A DNA stretch of 64,000 bases from NCBI GenBank assembly GCA_021432655.1, contig MU271346.1, positions 1 to 64,000 of the forward strand, read 5' to 3'. The notes under the pieces were generated by a model. It worked only from the letters and a program-made list of their open reading frames with translations, made no database searches and was not told the DNA's origin. Shown here in pieces: positions 48,401 through 61,713 of the stretch (position 1 is its first letter; each line of letters begins with the position of its first letter). This DNA comes from Atractiella rhizophila. Lineage: Eukaryota. Made by a program: the position numbers and the translations under genes.

Positions 48401-50210
48401 CCGCTTGCGATCTTATGGCCGACCGCCGGGAATGCTTAACCGGAACACCATTGCAGAACTCCCTCAATGATCTCTTCTCCCTGGTCAAGTTCCTTCGTCT
48501 CGAACCGTTCACCGATCGCGCAGTGTGGAATCACCATATTGGCGCGTTGGCGAAGAATGGCGATCCGCTCGGCGTGTCACGATTGCAGCTCATCATGCGA
48601 CACCTTGCTCTCCGACGTACCAAGTTCACCAAGGATGCGAATGGGAAACCCATACTTACCCTGCCCAGAAAGAAGGACGAGCTTCGCTACCTCGAGCTCG
48701 ACGAGAGGGAGAAGGCGTTCTACCAGACCAAGCACATTCGATACAAGACCAATTTCATGAAGCTAGCGGAGACGGACAGTCTCATGAAGAATTACTGTTC
48801 AATTCTTCAAGAGCTCCTTCGCTTACGCCAGATCTGTGTGCACATGGACTTGGTCACGGATTCTCAGGATGCCCAGCGGAATGGAAGGGACAAAGAAGAT
48901 CTTGTTGAGACAATCCGTTCTGAAGGATTAACAAAGATCCGCGCACTCCAACTTCTTGTACTCATGCGAGACGCAGGAGCAGGTCAATGCGTGGAGTGCG
49001 GATACGAGCTGTTTCCTTCCGTCTCGACGGGAATGGATGCCGACTTCGAAAGCGAGTTGGGAGGAAAGAAACGCGGGCCGAAAGGGAAGGGAAAGGCAGC
49101 GGCGATCAAGGTGTCACTCGAAGACGACGCGCCGGTCGTGAAAGCGTACTTGACGAGATGTCAACACCTTTACTGCTTCGGGTGCCTCAGGCATAACGTC
49201 TGTCCACAATTTCCGGCCAATGTGACGGCCTTGGATCGTTGTGCTTGCTCTGCCTGCCAGGAGGATCTCAGCCCTGTTCTCGACCTTGCAGAGGTGACAC
49301 TGAGAGAGTTGGAGGCGTTTGCTAGCGGCGGGGGAGACCAGACTGTTTCTGGAAAACAAGCAATGCGGAGAACTGGGGTCGTTGATCATTCAACAAAGAC
49401 ACGGTTAATATTCTTTCCCTCTAATTCTGCGATAGTAGCTGATGTCGACTCGACTTAGTGCACTCATGGCTGATCTTTTTCCTTTCTCTCAAGCGAATCC
49501 ACATTCACCTAACTACAATCCAGAGATGGTGGGCAAGACGGATGAGGACATGGAAATCGTTGATGTTGATGAAGAAGACTTCCGTCCGCACGCGGGATCA
49601 GTGACCAAGTCGGTCGTTTTCTCTCAGTGGACGAAGGCTCTCGATAAGTATGCACGCTCTTGTTGCAATCGACACTGCTGACAGTAAACATTAGAATCGA
49701 AGATGCCCTCGTAGAATGTGCCATCAAGTTTACGCGATTGGATGGAACAATGAACAAGCCTACTAGAGATTCTGCCATCGAGACATTCAAGAAGGATCCA
49801 AGTTGCGAAGTCATGCTCATATCGCTTCGAGCTGGAGGTGTCGGTCTCAATCTCACGTGTGCTCAGAGAGTGTATCTTATGGTATATTCTTTCTTGTTGT
49901 ATAACTTTTTTTAACGAAGATGTGATGTGCAGGAACCTTTCTGGAACCCCGCTGTTGAGCATCAAGCCGTAGATCGGATCCATCGACTGGGACAGACTAG
50001 ACCTGTGAAGATGACGAGGTTCATCGTTCGCAATTCTATAGAGGAGAACATGCTTCTAATCCAGAAGAGGAAGCTGGATCTCGCCAAGTGCGTCTTTCTC
50101 CGACTTAGAAACAGAGCTGATGTCAGATTAGCATGACCCTTACTCAAACACTGAGCAAAGGCGAGTTGGCAAAGAGGCGGATAGAGGATCTCAAGACTTT
50201 GTTTCAGTAA
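45410..50210 (+). CDS. SNF2-family helicase with RING insertion (Rad5/Rad16-like)
   Basis: LYPHQKQAL, GAILADDM-GLGKT, TLIVCPLS, WFRVVLDEA, LTGTPLQN, RING-like CVEC...TRCQHLYCFGC...CSAC, SVVFSQW, RLDGTM, GGVGLNL and QAVDRIHRLGQ; TAA 50208-50210. Confidence 0.95.
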
Positions 50211-51687
50211 TTTTCCTTCGTTTTTCCAACTTCTTTGTGAACAATTGAAAAAACCATTTATCGATTCAGTTTCAATGTTGTTTGGAGTAGAGCTTTTGCT
50301 ACGGACTGTGAGACTATCTATGTGTTATCTGGAATTGACCTCTCTTCTCGTTCTGTGCTTTGGATCTGTCTGCGTACAGTTCTACATCATATAATACTAA
50401 GATGATAGTAATGCATACTGCGGCGTGCGATGGCGAGTAAAGAAAGATCGAGAAGCTGAATAACCATTCATCTACAAGTGCATATTTTTGTGTAATACTA
50501 TTGATATGTAGGGAGTAAAGAGCGCCGGACGGAGTGGTAGTGTCGCCTGCTGGACCTGACTACAGGCGAAAGCTGCACAGTTGTCCCCTTCACCCTTCAT
50601 CGTTACAGCAGCACACTGGCATTGACGATATCAAGCGATCCGCTTCGCAGAGATTAGACGAACGGTAGAGGATTCAAGCCAGCGCCGCCTTGCAAGCTTG
50701 GTACAGGCGGGAAAGGCTGGAGAGGACAGTGTAGAAAAGAGCTTTTGACTTACTTTGCTCTTGCTTACATCCGAAAGATTTGCAGTGCGGTTTTTAATAT
50801 TCAGATCGTAAATCAATATGCTTGATTTGATACCATCAGTTCCCTGATGCAAGCCTTTATGTCTGCTGTAGAGAGCTTTGAACATTCAAGTGTTGATGAT
50901 CTCATCAGATTTGCACGAAGTTCATCAATTGGCACCGTTGTAGCCTTATCTAGAAATATCGCCACTCGATGCATTACAGCAAAGCCCAGGGATGTGTCGT
51001 CGTGACATACGTGTCGACACCTCACTAATGAGTGGGCAGCATTGGCACTCATTGGCACCGGGACTTGTATCCAATCCTCCGCTACGTGTCTCTTCCTTGA
51101 TATGAAAAACATCCCAGATTCAGAAATCAGGATTGGCAATTCTAGATGGTTCGAATTTTATCAGAACCCAGAAACAAGACCGGATAACACTACTGCATCA
51201 CTCTTATATCTAGAACAGCCATGATGCTAACTTCCCAGCCTCTAAATCTCATGAATACCAAGAAACGAGCCGATCGTGCATCTCTTTCGTATCGCATAGC
51301 TAATTAGGCACAAATGTCCCTGAAACTTGACGGTTATCGCCAGGCTGCTTGGTGGTACGTCTTGGAAAGACGCTTTCCCAATGACAAGTTCCAAGACTTC
51401 ATCCCGTCCTTGCTTGGACCCCTTCCCGCTAAACTGTCAGGAGGCTGAGAATCTTCGCAAGTACGCTATTTTCGTGCCAATTCCTATCCCGTTGCATTGG
51501 CCACTCTTCGCCACATACCCCACTTATCCTCGCTGGATGATAAAGAGTACCCCAGCTTGCTGGTCTTAGCTTCGCCACCTTTCAAATCTCAACCCATAGA
51601 CTCGTCTACGACAAATAAACGACCTAGAATTCTTGTTTTGTTTATTTCCAGTCCTTTTGTTCTTCTTTCCCCCGCTGCCCTTCTGCC

Positions 51688-52949
51688 ATGGCTAAGAAAT
51701 CTTTCAAGAGTTACGCTCTATCAGACGTCGACGCATCCTCTCGCATCCTCGATGCCGCTCTCCTGCTGTATTGTTGCTTGTCTGGATGGGTTGATACTAT
51801 TGTCTTCTCGGAGACATTTGTGTGGTGTGGTTTCCAAACCGGTGTGTCTTTCCATTTCACCATCCAGGCAAAGCTAAGGCGATGGACAGGGAACACCGTC
51901 CAACTGAGCATCACATTCTCCCGTCTCTGGTGTTCGAAAGAGATTTGTCCAGGATCGATGTTCCCATACACTGATTCACTCGCCCTCTGCTCGCTGCTCT
52001 CATTCATCCTCGGGTCTACGCTCGCGCACATTAGCCTTCGACGACCTAAGCGGCGAATCTGGCTAGTGGGGGCTACCGTATTTCAAGCTATCCTACTTGG
52101 AGTTTCTTCTGTTCTGGCAACTTATTCGGGGGGAGAGTTAATGGGAGGCAGTAACGATTTAGGAGTCGATGGAAAGGGATGGACTGACTCATATGGATTT
52201 GTCGCCATGGCTTTTGTGCGTTTTCTGACATAACACATTCTCATCTCCTTTGTATAACCATCACAACTGATGGGATGAGAAATAGGGAAGCATGTCGATG
52301 GGTCTTCAGGGAGGGGTCGCGAAGCGGCTGAATACAGATTACGCAGCGAGCGCGTTTCCTCCTCTGCTCTCTGCAAACTTGGCTGACTTATACATCGAAT
52401 CCAGCTGTCGTCCTTACCACTACGTGGGTCGAAGTCACCTCTTTGCGTTTTCCCTCTAAACGTGTCGCTCTTCGGAAATGGCTTTCAATCCTCCTTCTGT
52501 TTCTTGGAGGACTCCTTGGGCGATCGCTAGCACACCTGATTGGTGTACCCGGAGCCCTTGGTGTTGGAGCTGGCCTGAAGTTCATCGTTGCCTTGGCATT
52601 CTGCTCTCTCCCGAGTGAAGAGATGAAACCTTCGGAGGCCGTTGAAAGGAAGAATGAGGAGAAGGTGATGGAAAATGGCGCCGCAGGGAAGGACATGAGA
52701 CGCCTATCGACGATGGCAACCGCTTGTGGCGAGCCTGACTATCGAACAGACGGTGCAATTGATGGAAGGGTTGCAGGTGATGTAGGAAGCGGTATGAGGT
52801 CATCTTTAACAGCGCCATATCCATCGTATTTGGACGCGGACCAGAAAACGTTGAAGAATGATTCGCCTGTTCTTTCCAGGGCACCTTCCAATCAGGGAAG
52901 CACGATTTTTGGTAGCGCAGGAGGGACCAAAGGCGAATTGCTTGCATAA
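51688..52949 (+). CDS. DUF1275 (YoaK-like) membrane protein
   Basis: FVWCGFQT-GNTVQL, SLLSFILG, SMGLQG and VVLTTTWVE, with several hydrophobic helices. Confidence 0.82.
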
Positions 52950-53364
52950 CTCCTTCGGTCCACTGACCACTCTTTCCTTCTCCCAAGACTGTCTGTCCCT
53001 CAATTTCCTACCCAGCAAACTAAGGCTGTTTTGTCTGTATCCTGTTATCGTCCATTCATGTAATGAACTTCTTGTTTGAATACCTCTTAAAGATGCATGG
53101 TAGCACCTACCTTCGCATGACAGACACGCCATGGTGAAATGATTATGGCAGAGCTCGAAATTTGCACTTGACGCTTGTGGTGACTACAGCTCGTGACGAG
53201 GGAAAAGACTACATCCTATATCTAATGAGTTGCAGGTGTGGCATTTATGCACTTACTGGGAACAGAATTGTTGGAATAGGAAACATTGAACGTATACTAT
53301 TGCTGTCTATATATTACAATAACTTTGGGCTTTCAAGCTCGGCATTTCGAAATATTTCAACCAA

Positions 53365-56332
53365 TCAATCAATGTCCTCCATCTCAGGGATGGCATCCCC
53401 TCGAATATCTTCCCCGGTATTCCTGCTCGTATTCCGTCTACCGGAAGAAGCAACAGTACCAACACTCCCTCTTCTCCCAATCCCACCACCAGCAGGGTTC
53501 GGGGACTGCGAAGGGAAGAATTCGAATCCTTGCGGAAGGCTGGAACCATCCTCAATTTCAGGAGATCGTGCTGTGCTAGGAATGGGAGTTGGAGCGGGGA
53601 GGTTGGATGTGGACCCTTGAGGTGACACGGGGTTGGGTGTTTTGGGTTCGTCAGCGGTGACTGTTGCCCGACTGTGGAACTTCTTGAGATTCAGCAGATG
53701 TAAAGCAAAAGGACGCACCAGACTGGACAAGTCCCGTGAATCTCTAGCCATGGGTTGATGCAACCAGTGTGAAAAATGTGGCGGCATGGGAGCTTCGATG
53801 CGTCTTCATCGACTTGAAACTCGTCCTTACACACAGCACAATCCTGATCGTGAGCGTTAACTGGCAACAGAAACATAAACCAAGCACTAACTCGCCTTGA
53901 TACTCGCTTGATCTATCAAGTCTTGTGTCATCTGAAATTTGGGTAGATTTTTGATCTGGTCCTCGGAAGCGGGTGGTGGTCCTTGATGTCCTTGAGCCTA
54001 CCAAGTGCGATAAAATCACTCCATCACCAAAGGGCGGCTAAGTGAACAAACCTGCTCCATCAATCGCTGGATCACGTCGTCGAGTCCTTGCTGAGAGAAA
54101 ACATAGTCGCCACTGTTCCCTCCCAAAGGTTGCATTCCCATCATTTGGAAGAGCTGAAAGAGTGATGCGAGTGGGTGGTCCCCTGGTATACCACCAGGTA
54201 ATGGCCGTTCATCCCCTGCATCCCGTGATCCATCTGACCGGTTGTCTGAAGCGCCAAATGCTTCCTCGAGGAATCTACATATATCTTCAGACAAAAGCCT
54301 GAACGAGGTCCGTTACATACTGAGCCAAATTCTGGATAGGCACTTGTTGCGCCTGTCCAGGTTGAGGAGGCGGACCATCAGGAGGAGAGTAGCCTTGCGG
54401 AGGAGGAGTTGGCGTTGGACCTCGATCAACTGTAGTCTGGGGAGGGCTGCCAGCAGCATTGCCACTATTTCCGAAGTAAAAGGTCGCCTGCAGTCCTTCA
54501 CCAGGGCGATTTGGATTCCTGAAGGTAGTTGTTGTTGTGCGTAAGCCGAATGGCCCAAAATTTCCAGTGCTCTCATTCGTCTGCCAACCAGGCTGGCCAG
54601 TAGCTCCCTCCTCCGCCGATGGTCGTGGTCCTGCGAGAAGGCGGAATAAGCTCCCGAATATCCCTTGCCCAAAATCTCCGCCACCTTCCTGTCCGCCTCT
54701 GCCGCCTTGAAAGAAAAAAGGAGGGGGCGTAGCAAAATGAGGGCCGTTATCATCTTCCGGAGGGTCCGGATCGAAGTCCCGTGGATCGTTCGAAGGGTCG
54801 TCCATACGTTCCATGAAGGTACCACCACAGTATGCGCAGTGTGGATCTGGTTGCATCAATGGCTGACTCGATCGATGGCATTCCTAATTCAAAGTCAGCA
54901 CATTACTCCAATGTCGCAGTCATGCAAAATCTATACTCGCCTTCGAGACAAGGAGACCTAACGCGGTTCATAAGAAAAAATAAAGAATCGACACAGTCTC
55001 CGAATAAGTGAGTGGAGATTCTGCGGAGGGTGCGGTGGAAGGGCTGCACGAGCCGTCTCTCGAAAGATCGGTGTGCGAGCTATATGAAATGTTCAAATGA
55101 AGGAGCCTGTGCGGAACTGGGGCATTGAGAGGGCTGCAGGTGTAGGACAATCGTTGTTATTACAAGGTGACTCATCAGGCAGAAGCCTTGACACAGAACG
55201 GGCACGTCGCTAGCAAGATATACAACAGATCAGGTATGCTTATAAATGGAACCTGTAGACAGCCTTCCTAACGCCGCAGCACGCACGGGAAACAGATTAG
55301 AAGCTCTCCACCGTTGATTCAAAGTAAGGAGCTTTGATCTTGATGGGAACCATATAGTGGTTTGTCAAAATATATGATTAGGCGGAACAAATTGAATACT
55401 CAAAGCAAATATAAAGCAAAGTGGTAAATCCGTAGGAAAAGTAAAATAAATCAAATTGAAATGATTAAACCCGCTAATTTTCGGCAAGAAGATGATGAGA
55501 ACGATTTACCCTTGATAAAATAAACACCGGAAGGCACAAGGCTCACGGCCTATGCGAATTCAGCCACAGCAGACCTGTTTAGCCAGATTTGTTCTCGACG
55601 TCCCCGCGACGCGATTTCCAGTTCACATTCTCCGTCCTTTTATCATACTTTCTCGGTATGCAATGTGAACCGTTCAATTTCATCTCTCCGATCAAAATAG
55701 TACAGCTCGATTCCTATCGAGTACCAGCTATCGAAAGATAGAAAGGTGGCTCGCTTGTTCGGAGAACGCGCTGATGGTGCAGATCCGACAGTTTGACAAA
55801 AGTTCGAGAAGAATGTTATGTAATCATCCAGCACTTCCTCAAGTTTAAAATGGTTGGGTCAAGGGTTTTGAGGCACGGTGATTTGATGCATATTTCATCC
55901 AAGAGTAAAGTAAACTCAAGCCTCTCTCAAATGCTGGATGAGGAGTGAACTAGATGTGGTCATGCAACAGTAAAGCAGAGGTCTCTCGTTGTTTCTCGGC
56001 GGTACAACGGTGCTTTAATACGTGGAGAGAAAGAATTGGAGCCCTTTCTCCTCGTCTGCCATGCTAATAAACAAAGGGATACATACATGACAAAACCACA
56101 TCTCTCTTTCCGGCACACTGCGTTCTCCTTGGTCAGCACTTGCCATCCCTACATCCTCTGGAATACCATGTGCCGTGCTTGATACTGTGGTATAAGGCTG
56201 TCTTTGGCGGTCTGGGACGAAGTGTGCCGCGGGAGATTCCTCCCTGTCGCTAGGTGACCTTGGTGAGTTTGAGTTGGATGGGGCGGAAGGAGAGGTTGGA
56301 GGGGGAGGTCCAGAAGGCGGTGGGTAGGACAT
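53365..56332 (-). CDS. RING-H2 E3 ubiquitin ligase with N-terminal zinc ribbon (RNF115/RNF126-like)
   Basis: WFCH|ECHR...PHCAYCGGTFME split by intron 54884-56086; GDYVFSQQGLDDVIQRLMEQ; CAVCKDEF...LPCRHIFHTGCINPWLEIHGTCPV. Confidence 0.92.
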
Positions 56333-56767
56333 CGTTGATTATTTAGACGCAAGTGTTGGACCGGCGCTGCAACGTCGGATGTTGGTGGTTGGCGAAGGGA
56401 ATTGATGACGCACTTGGCAGACATGAGATTGTCCGTCGCGTACGCCATAACGTCATTGAGGCAACCTATTCCAACTCAGAGTAATGCTGGAGGTAAATGT
56501 TGTAGCAGAAATTAGGATTTGGGATCCTCCAAAGTGCTGAGGGGATTGTCGTTCTTGTCCTGAGGCAATGACGCTACGCAACTCCAGGGTTCAAAAAGGT
56601 GGACAAGATCATGACCAATGCATGGAGGGATAGACCGCTACAGACGTAGAAACTAATACAATCATGCAAGATATTTATACAATCCTTATCGCAACAAATT
56701 AGTGTAACAATATGTCTTCATCCAATACTGAAACATCAAATCTTCCTTTTTTCACACAACAGAATTT

Positions 56768-57670
56768 CTAGAGCACCACAAACCACAGCTTAAGTTTGAA
56801 AATTCCACCAGTTACTTCCCACCAACCTTCTCCTTTCTCTTGCTCCGTGTTAGGGAGGAATCGCCAACACCCTTGGCCATCCATGGCAGTCATGTTGAAT
56901 CCCGTTAGCAGGCCATTTCCGCTTTCGAGCAACAGCGTTCTCCTTTCTTGAGAAAGGAGGAAAATGCGTTCTCTCACTGTTCCTTTTATTCGAGAAGTAT
57001 CGGTGCCGAAAGACCAGGACTGCTCTCGTCGGGAGAATGGCATCGTGGTTGTTTCGTCTTGCCACACGCACAGTGATACAGGCAGAAGCCGTTGATTGAT
57101 TCCTCTGCTTCTATTCGACCATTGCGTCGGAAAGAATAAGACCAGGACGACAAAGGACAAGGCAAGGGCAGCGGCAATGATGAGACAAAGAAGGAGCGAC
57201 TGCCTGTTTCCGTAAGTCCTTCTTAATGTTGCTCTCTGGGGTACTCGATGTTTCCGAGAGGTGTTCTTCTCCCGCGTCTCATCTTCCTGTTTCTCATCCA
57301 CCTGGACAGGAACGACTCCCCTCAACCATCGAAGAATCATTGAGTCTCCCTTCCGCAGTGTCTTCGTTGTCGGAGTTGCCAATCCCCCCTTTCTAGTGGA
57401 TTGCCCAGCGAGGTTGGATGTATCCGTTCGAGGAGAAGGAGGCGGGCAATATAGGGGCGAAGGTCTGGGAGGGACGAGCCATTGAGAAGGACCGTAGAAA
57501 AGTGGACGCTGGCTCGGCAGCTTCTTGAGTTCTTGGGCCTCTAAATGGAGTCGCTGTTTCACGCGAACAGAAACAGGAAGAGCAGTAGGCGGCGGCGTTG
57601 GGGTCTCAGTTGCGGTTGTGGCTGGTGCTCGATGCCTCTTCTTCGCGGTTGAAGTTGGAGGAAGTCGCAC
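56768..57670 (-). CDS. Hypothetical membrane protein (true start probably upstream)
   Basis: 300-codon ORF with P/T-rich N-terminal part and one hydrophobic helix (LLLCLIIAAALALSFVVLVLFF); no family recognised. Confidence 0.5.
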   Translation of the reverse strand: MRLPPTSTAKKRHRAPATTATETPTPPPTALPVSVRVKQRLHLEAQELKKLPSQRPLFYGPSQWLVPPRPSPLYCPPPSPRTDTSNLAGQSTRKGGLATPTTKTLRKGDSMILRWLRGVVPVQVDEKQEDETREKNTSRKHRVPQRATLRRTYGNRQSLLLCLIIAAALALSFVVLVLFFPTQWSNRSRGINQRLLPVSLCVWQDETTTMPFSRREQSWSFGTDTSRIKGTVRERIFLLSQERRTLLLESGNGLLTGFNMTAMDGQGCWRFLPNTEQEKGEGWWEVTGGIFKLKLWFVVL

Positions 57671-58629
57671 GAGCTGTGGTCTTGTGTTGGGCTGAGAGTG
57701 GACGTTGACAACGCGATAGCGACATAAAGTAGACCCGGAGCTATTATCTGTAATCCTATCCCAAATCGTCAGCCAGAATCAGCAAGGTGATACAAGGGAC
57801 GAAGGACGCGCTCTGTGGCAAGTTCTGTTGGAGAGAGTTCTTCACTCCCCTCGTCCAGCTCCTCTGGCGCATGATTGGCTAGCTCGACCATCTCAGCATT
57901 AGAATACTATTTGAACGATGCCTCTTAAGGAAACGAGCGGGCTGAGCAGCTCTTATATAACCCGCACAGACACTTCAGAGTTGCAGTTGTCAATTCAGGT
58001 CACGTGCGTGTTCTGACTGTGTTTGTGTGGTGCGTGCCGTTACGGATGGGTCGTTCCATCCACACGCATCAAGGAGGAACAGCATGAAAGTTGTGTCCTT
58101 GTTGTACATGTAAGTCACCGGATTTGCGAATAGTACAATGACCCATTCTATCGGGTTTTGGATGAGTCGCCCGTCCTGCCAGTGACTAGCTTTTTTACAG
58201 GTTTTGCGCCTCGAAGCGGTGGAGAGGAAGCCACTTACAGTCTCTCGAGGCACAACTGTCCTGCTGCCGAAGGATTCTGATCTGCATTCTGGTTTTGGAG
58301 TGACAGGAAGAGTTTGAATGTTTGAAGAGCAAGGTCAACCTCCGCTCAGTTCTGCAAAATGCGAAGGGTGTTGCCCGAAAACATGTGGCGTGGCAGACGT
58401 CCATGTCCTTCTACGTCCTTCTTTTTTGCCGCTCCCTTCAAAGGCAACATCCGATCCGATTTCGCAACTCCCCTGATTGATGTGAAATCCTGTTCGCCGA
58501 CTTTATGCGTTCGTTGGCTCTTTCTGGACCTCCCTGACTTGCTCTATTTATAAAGGCAGACGTGGAATTTGTGTTCTTCCCTTCGATCTCCCGTTAGTCT
58601 CGCCTGCTTCAGCTTCAGCTGTATACCCT

Positions 58630-61053
58630 ATGCTCTACGAAAAGGCATCTAAATATCTCGCCACTTTTGTTTCGTTGCCATTTCGCAATCGGGACAGGGA
58701 CAACCCTCCCAGAGAAACCGCAATGACTCGTGCGCGATCGACAACGCAGAACATACCCCGTCTGGCAGAGCGAGAGGAGGAGGCGGAGGAAGAAGACCGT
58801 CCCAAGCCATCGACTCCCCGAAGACACCTATCTGATTCCTTTTCCAGCAACGCGTACCGAATACAGTCCCTAGGTCAGCTCGCTAGCTCTCTGGCTGCTG
58901 GAAGGTATCGTGGAATCGATAAAGACCACCTAGAAGTGTGGGATTATTGGCACATGGAATTTTCGCGTTCTTGGTTCGTCTTCAAGAGTGGTGGCGTTGA
59001 AGGAGAATCGTATCAAGACGACTTCTTCGACATCCATCTGAATTTGGAGAGGGTCATAGAGGGAGAGATAGACTACGTTTACTTGGAGATTATAGTCCCT
59101 GACGATCCGTTGCACAAGAAGCTGGTAAGCTTCCTCCTTCGCATGCATCAGCCTATAGACCAGGTTTTGAAGGGGATGCAGGTTCTCGATACCCCTTCTC
59201 CGTCGCCAACAGGCTCCAACACTCCTAACTTAGGATGGACATCCAAGTCATTCCATCGCTCCGTTCAGCTGTCAGACAAAGGCCTCTCCCTTTACCTCGT
59301 GCTTGATGTGTCCACATGTCAAACGTATGCCTTTGATGCACCTAGGGAAACCGCCTTCTTCACGCTTGACCGTCCTTCAACACCCATGCGCACCCTCATT
59401 CGTCGAACTGTTTGGATCTTTGATGAGCGCGTCATTTCGCTTGGGAAGTACCGCCAAATCACTCTCGGATCATTCCAGCGTGCGAAGTGGACGGAACGAA
59501 GCCAGTCTAGCTGGAAAATTCACCTTCAACCCCAAATGGGACGAACAATTCGCACCGTGTATCTCTGCTCGAGGCGAGAAGGAGTGATGAGGAAGGCAGC
59601 CCCAACACTTAATTACGATGTGCTCAATCTCATTATCAAATACTTACTCTTTCCTTACTTTCCCCAGGTAGGATTTCGCCCTCCTAAGTCGTGACTGTTG
59701 TAATTGAAAGGTCGTTCAGGATGGAACGTTCAGATGCAAGGACTGGCAGTCCTATCTACGTTCGTGCCAGCTCGTCGCCAAAGCTTGGCACGAGTCGGTC
59801 AGCGATTTCATTTGGAGCAGAGTCTACATTGGCGATCCACCTGACAATCGGTTGACTCTAGTTGATTTACGAAGCAAAATTGACGTGGTGTTCAGTCCGT
59901 CACACCTTCGCCACCTTCTTATCATGACAGACACTGTCTTTGCAAGTGGGGAAGATCAGTATTCCGACAGCCTAATCTCGATTCTTTCGTTATGTAGGAA
60001 CATCATACTTCTCGAATGTCCTTCCGTTTCTCAAACCGATGATCGGCCTCTACAGTTTTTGGATGCACTTTGCGAGATGGGTCTGATGCGAATTTTTCGC
60101 CTCCGTTCACCGCCAGACAATGTGGATGGAAAGATCTATCAATTGACTGGATCCGATATTCTTCGCCTCTTCTCTTCCTGGGCTGGCTTGCAACATATCT
60201 TCGTGATCAACCTCGGCTCCCTTGTCGAGATCGACAAACCACAAGCCATGCTGCTTTCAACGCCGGTGGAAAGTTGGTGGATGATAGGAGGGACGTTCTC
60301 CCCAACCTCATATCCAACACTCTCCACCTCTCTCTTCCCCCATCTCGTTTCGTTCCTCTTCGGTGACGCATCTTCAGTGGATTTCCCTTCCTTTTGTGAA
60401 TTTCTCAAGGGGCTTGCGCATAATCTCATTTTCCTCCAAATAAGAGATGTCGAATTTGTTGAACTCCTTCCAGAATCACCATCCTCCTCGTCGCTATCAT
60501 TAATAACACTCGAACCCAGAGTTCCAACCCAAATCGAAAAGCCGGATCTTTCTCCCATCCTGTCCCTTTGTAAATCTCTTAGAACAATGATTCTCGGAGG
60601 GACAGTGGCAACAACTGATTGCATATCTGTTCTCCCACTCACGCTAGAATACATCCGATTGTGTTTCTTGCCTCGAATGGAACTAAAGGCAGTCTCCGAT
60701 TTCATCATCAAGAGAAAGAGTCTGGTAATGCTAGATTTTGCGCCTTATTTTGGCGAGTGGGAGGATGAAGAAGTTACAACATTGGCCACGCTCTGTAAAG
60801 CGTCAGCAATCACTTTCTCATATCGAGATTGGAACGATGGTACGATTTTTTTGCTGTTTCGATGCTGTTGCCATTTGCTCAAAACCAAACAGAATACGGT
60901 CTCTTCTTTCCTCACCCATTACCTTTAGGTTTGTTCCTCTGTTTAATTTCCGGATTAGATAGCAGCTAACTGTATAATTAAGCTGGATTAGGAGAAGTGG
61001 CATGGAAGGATCTTTCTCGATAGCCTGCGCCATAAGGAAGCTGAAACACTGAT
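58630..61053 (+). CDS. Hypothetical protein with internal F-box-like motif and LRR-like C-terminus; 3' end approximate
   Basis: Long exons 58630-59666 and ~59720-60840; PTLNYDVLNLIIKYL...LRSCQLVAKAWHESVSDFIWSRVYI resembles an F-box; leucine-periodic C-terminal region; TATA-like TATTTATAAAG near 58545. Confidence 0.6.
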
Positions 61054-61713
61054 TGCACTTTGGTCCTGTTTATGTTCCCTCGGTGCGTTACATTATGCGC
61101 TAGTAGTACGGTTCGTGGTTACATTCATGCTTTGTTTTCTGTCGCAACGTTCATAGCCTCAAACTTGTATCGCTTCATTTATCCTTAGTTTTGTGATGTT
61201 TAAAAGTTATGCAGGTGATTCGGCGTGAGCTTTGTAATGGCATTCTATCATTTGCACGAAACGTAGAAGTGGATTTGACTAAAATTTAGGCTCCGCAAGG
61301 CCAATAAACGGAAGCAAAAAGGTGCAATTTGCCTTGTGGAGATTCAAAGCTGTCCACCTCTCTTGACCTGAGAAGGCAGGATCCAAGAACGGCGAGGCTA
61401 GAGTCAGTGCATCCAGGTAAGTACGTCGACCTCACAGGGCATTCTCTAACTTAAGCTGATCGTAGATACCCACAGCTTTTACGCTTCCAGCCTCCACCGC
61501 CGGTTCCAGTCCTTGTTGCATGGACTAGCTTTTCTTTACCCAAAAGTATTTGATCAGCGTAATTCTTAAGCTTAACGCCTGGTACATCACTCTGAATTCG
61601 AAGCTCCGCTTCTGAGGAGCTTTCCTTCAACTTGAAAAAGGGCTCAGGTTCCTCCTTTGAGGCCACCTTGTGGTGCCATACTAGACAAGTGGCAACTACT
61701 TCATTCTGTTTTC

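Noticed and set aside
50631..51224. Overlapping 60-108 aa ORFs between the helicase and DUF1275 genes
   Set aside because: No motifs and no consistent splice structure.
55221..55240. ACCTGATC on the minus strand, resembling part of a TPP riboswitch
   Set aside because: The upstream CTGAGA and downstream TAAT...GCG.AGGGA elements are absent and the host is not a thiamine gene.
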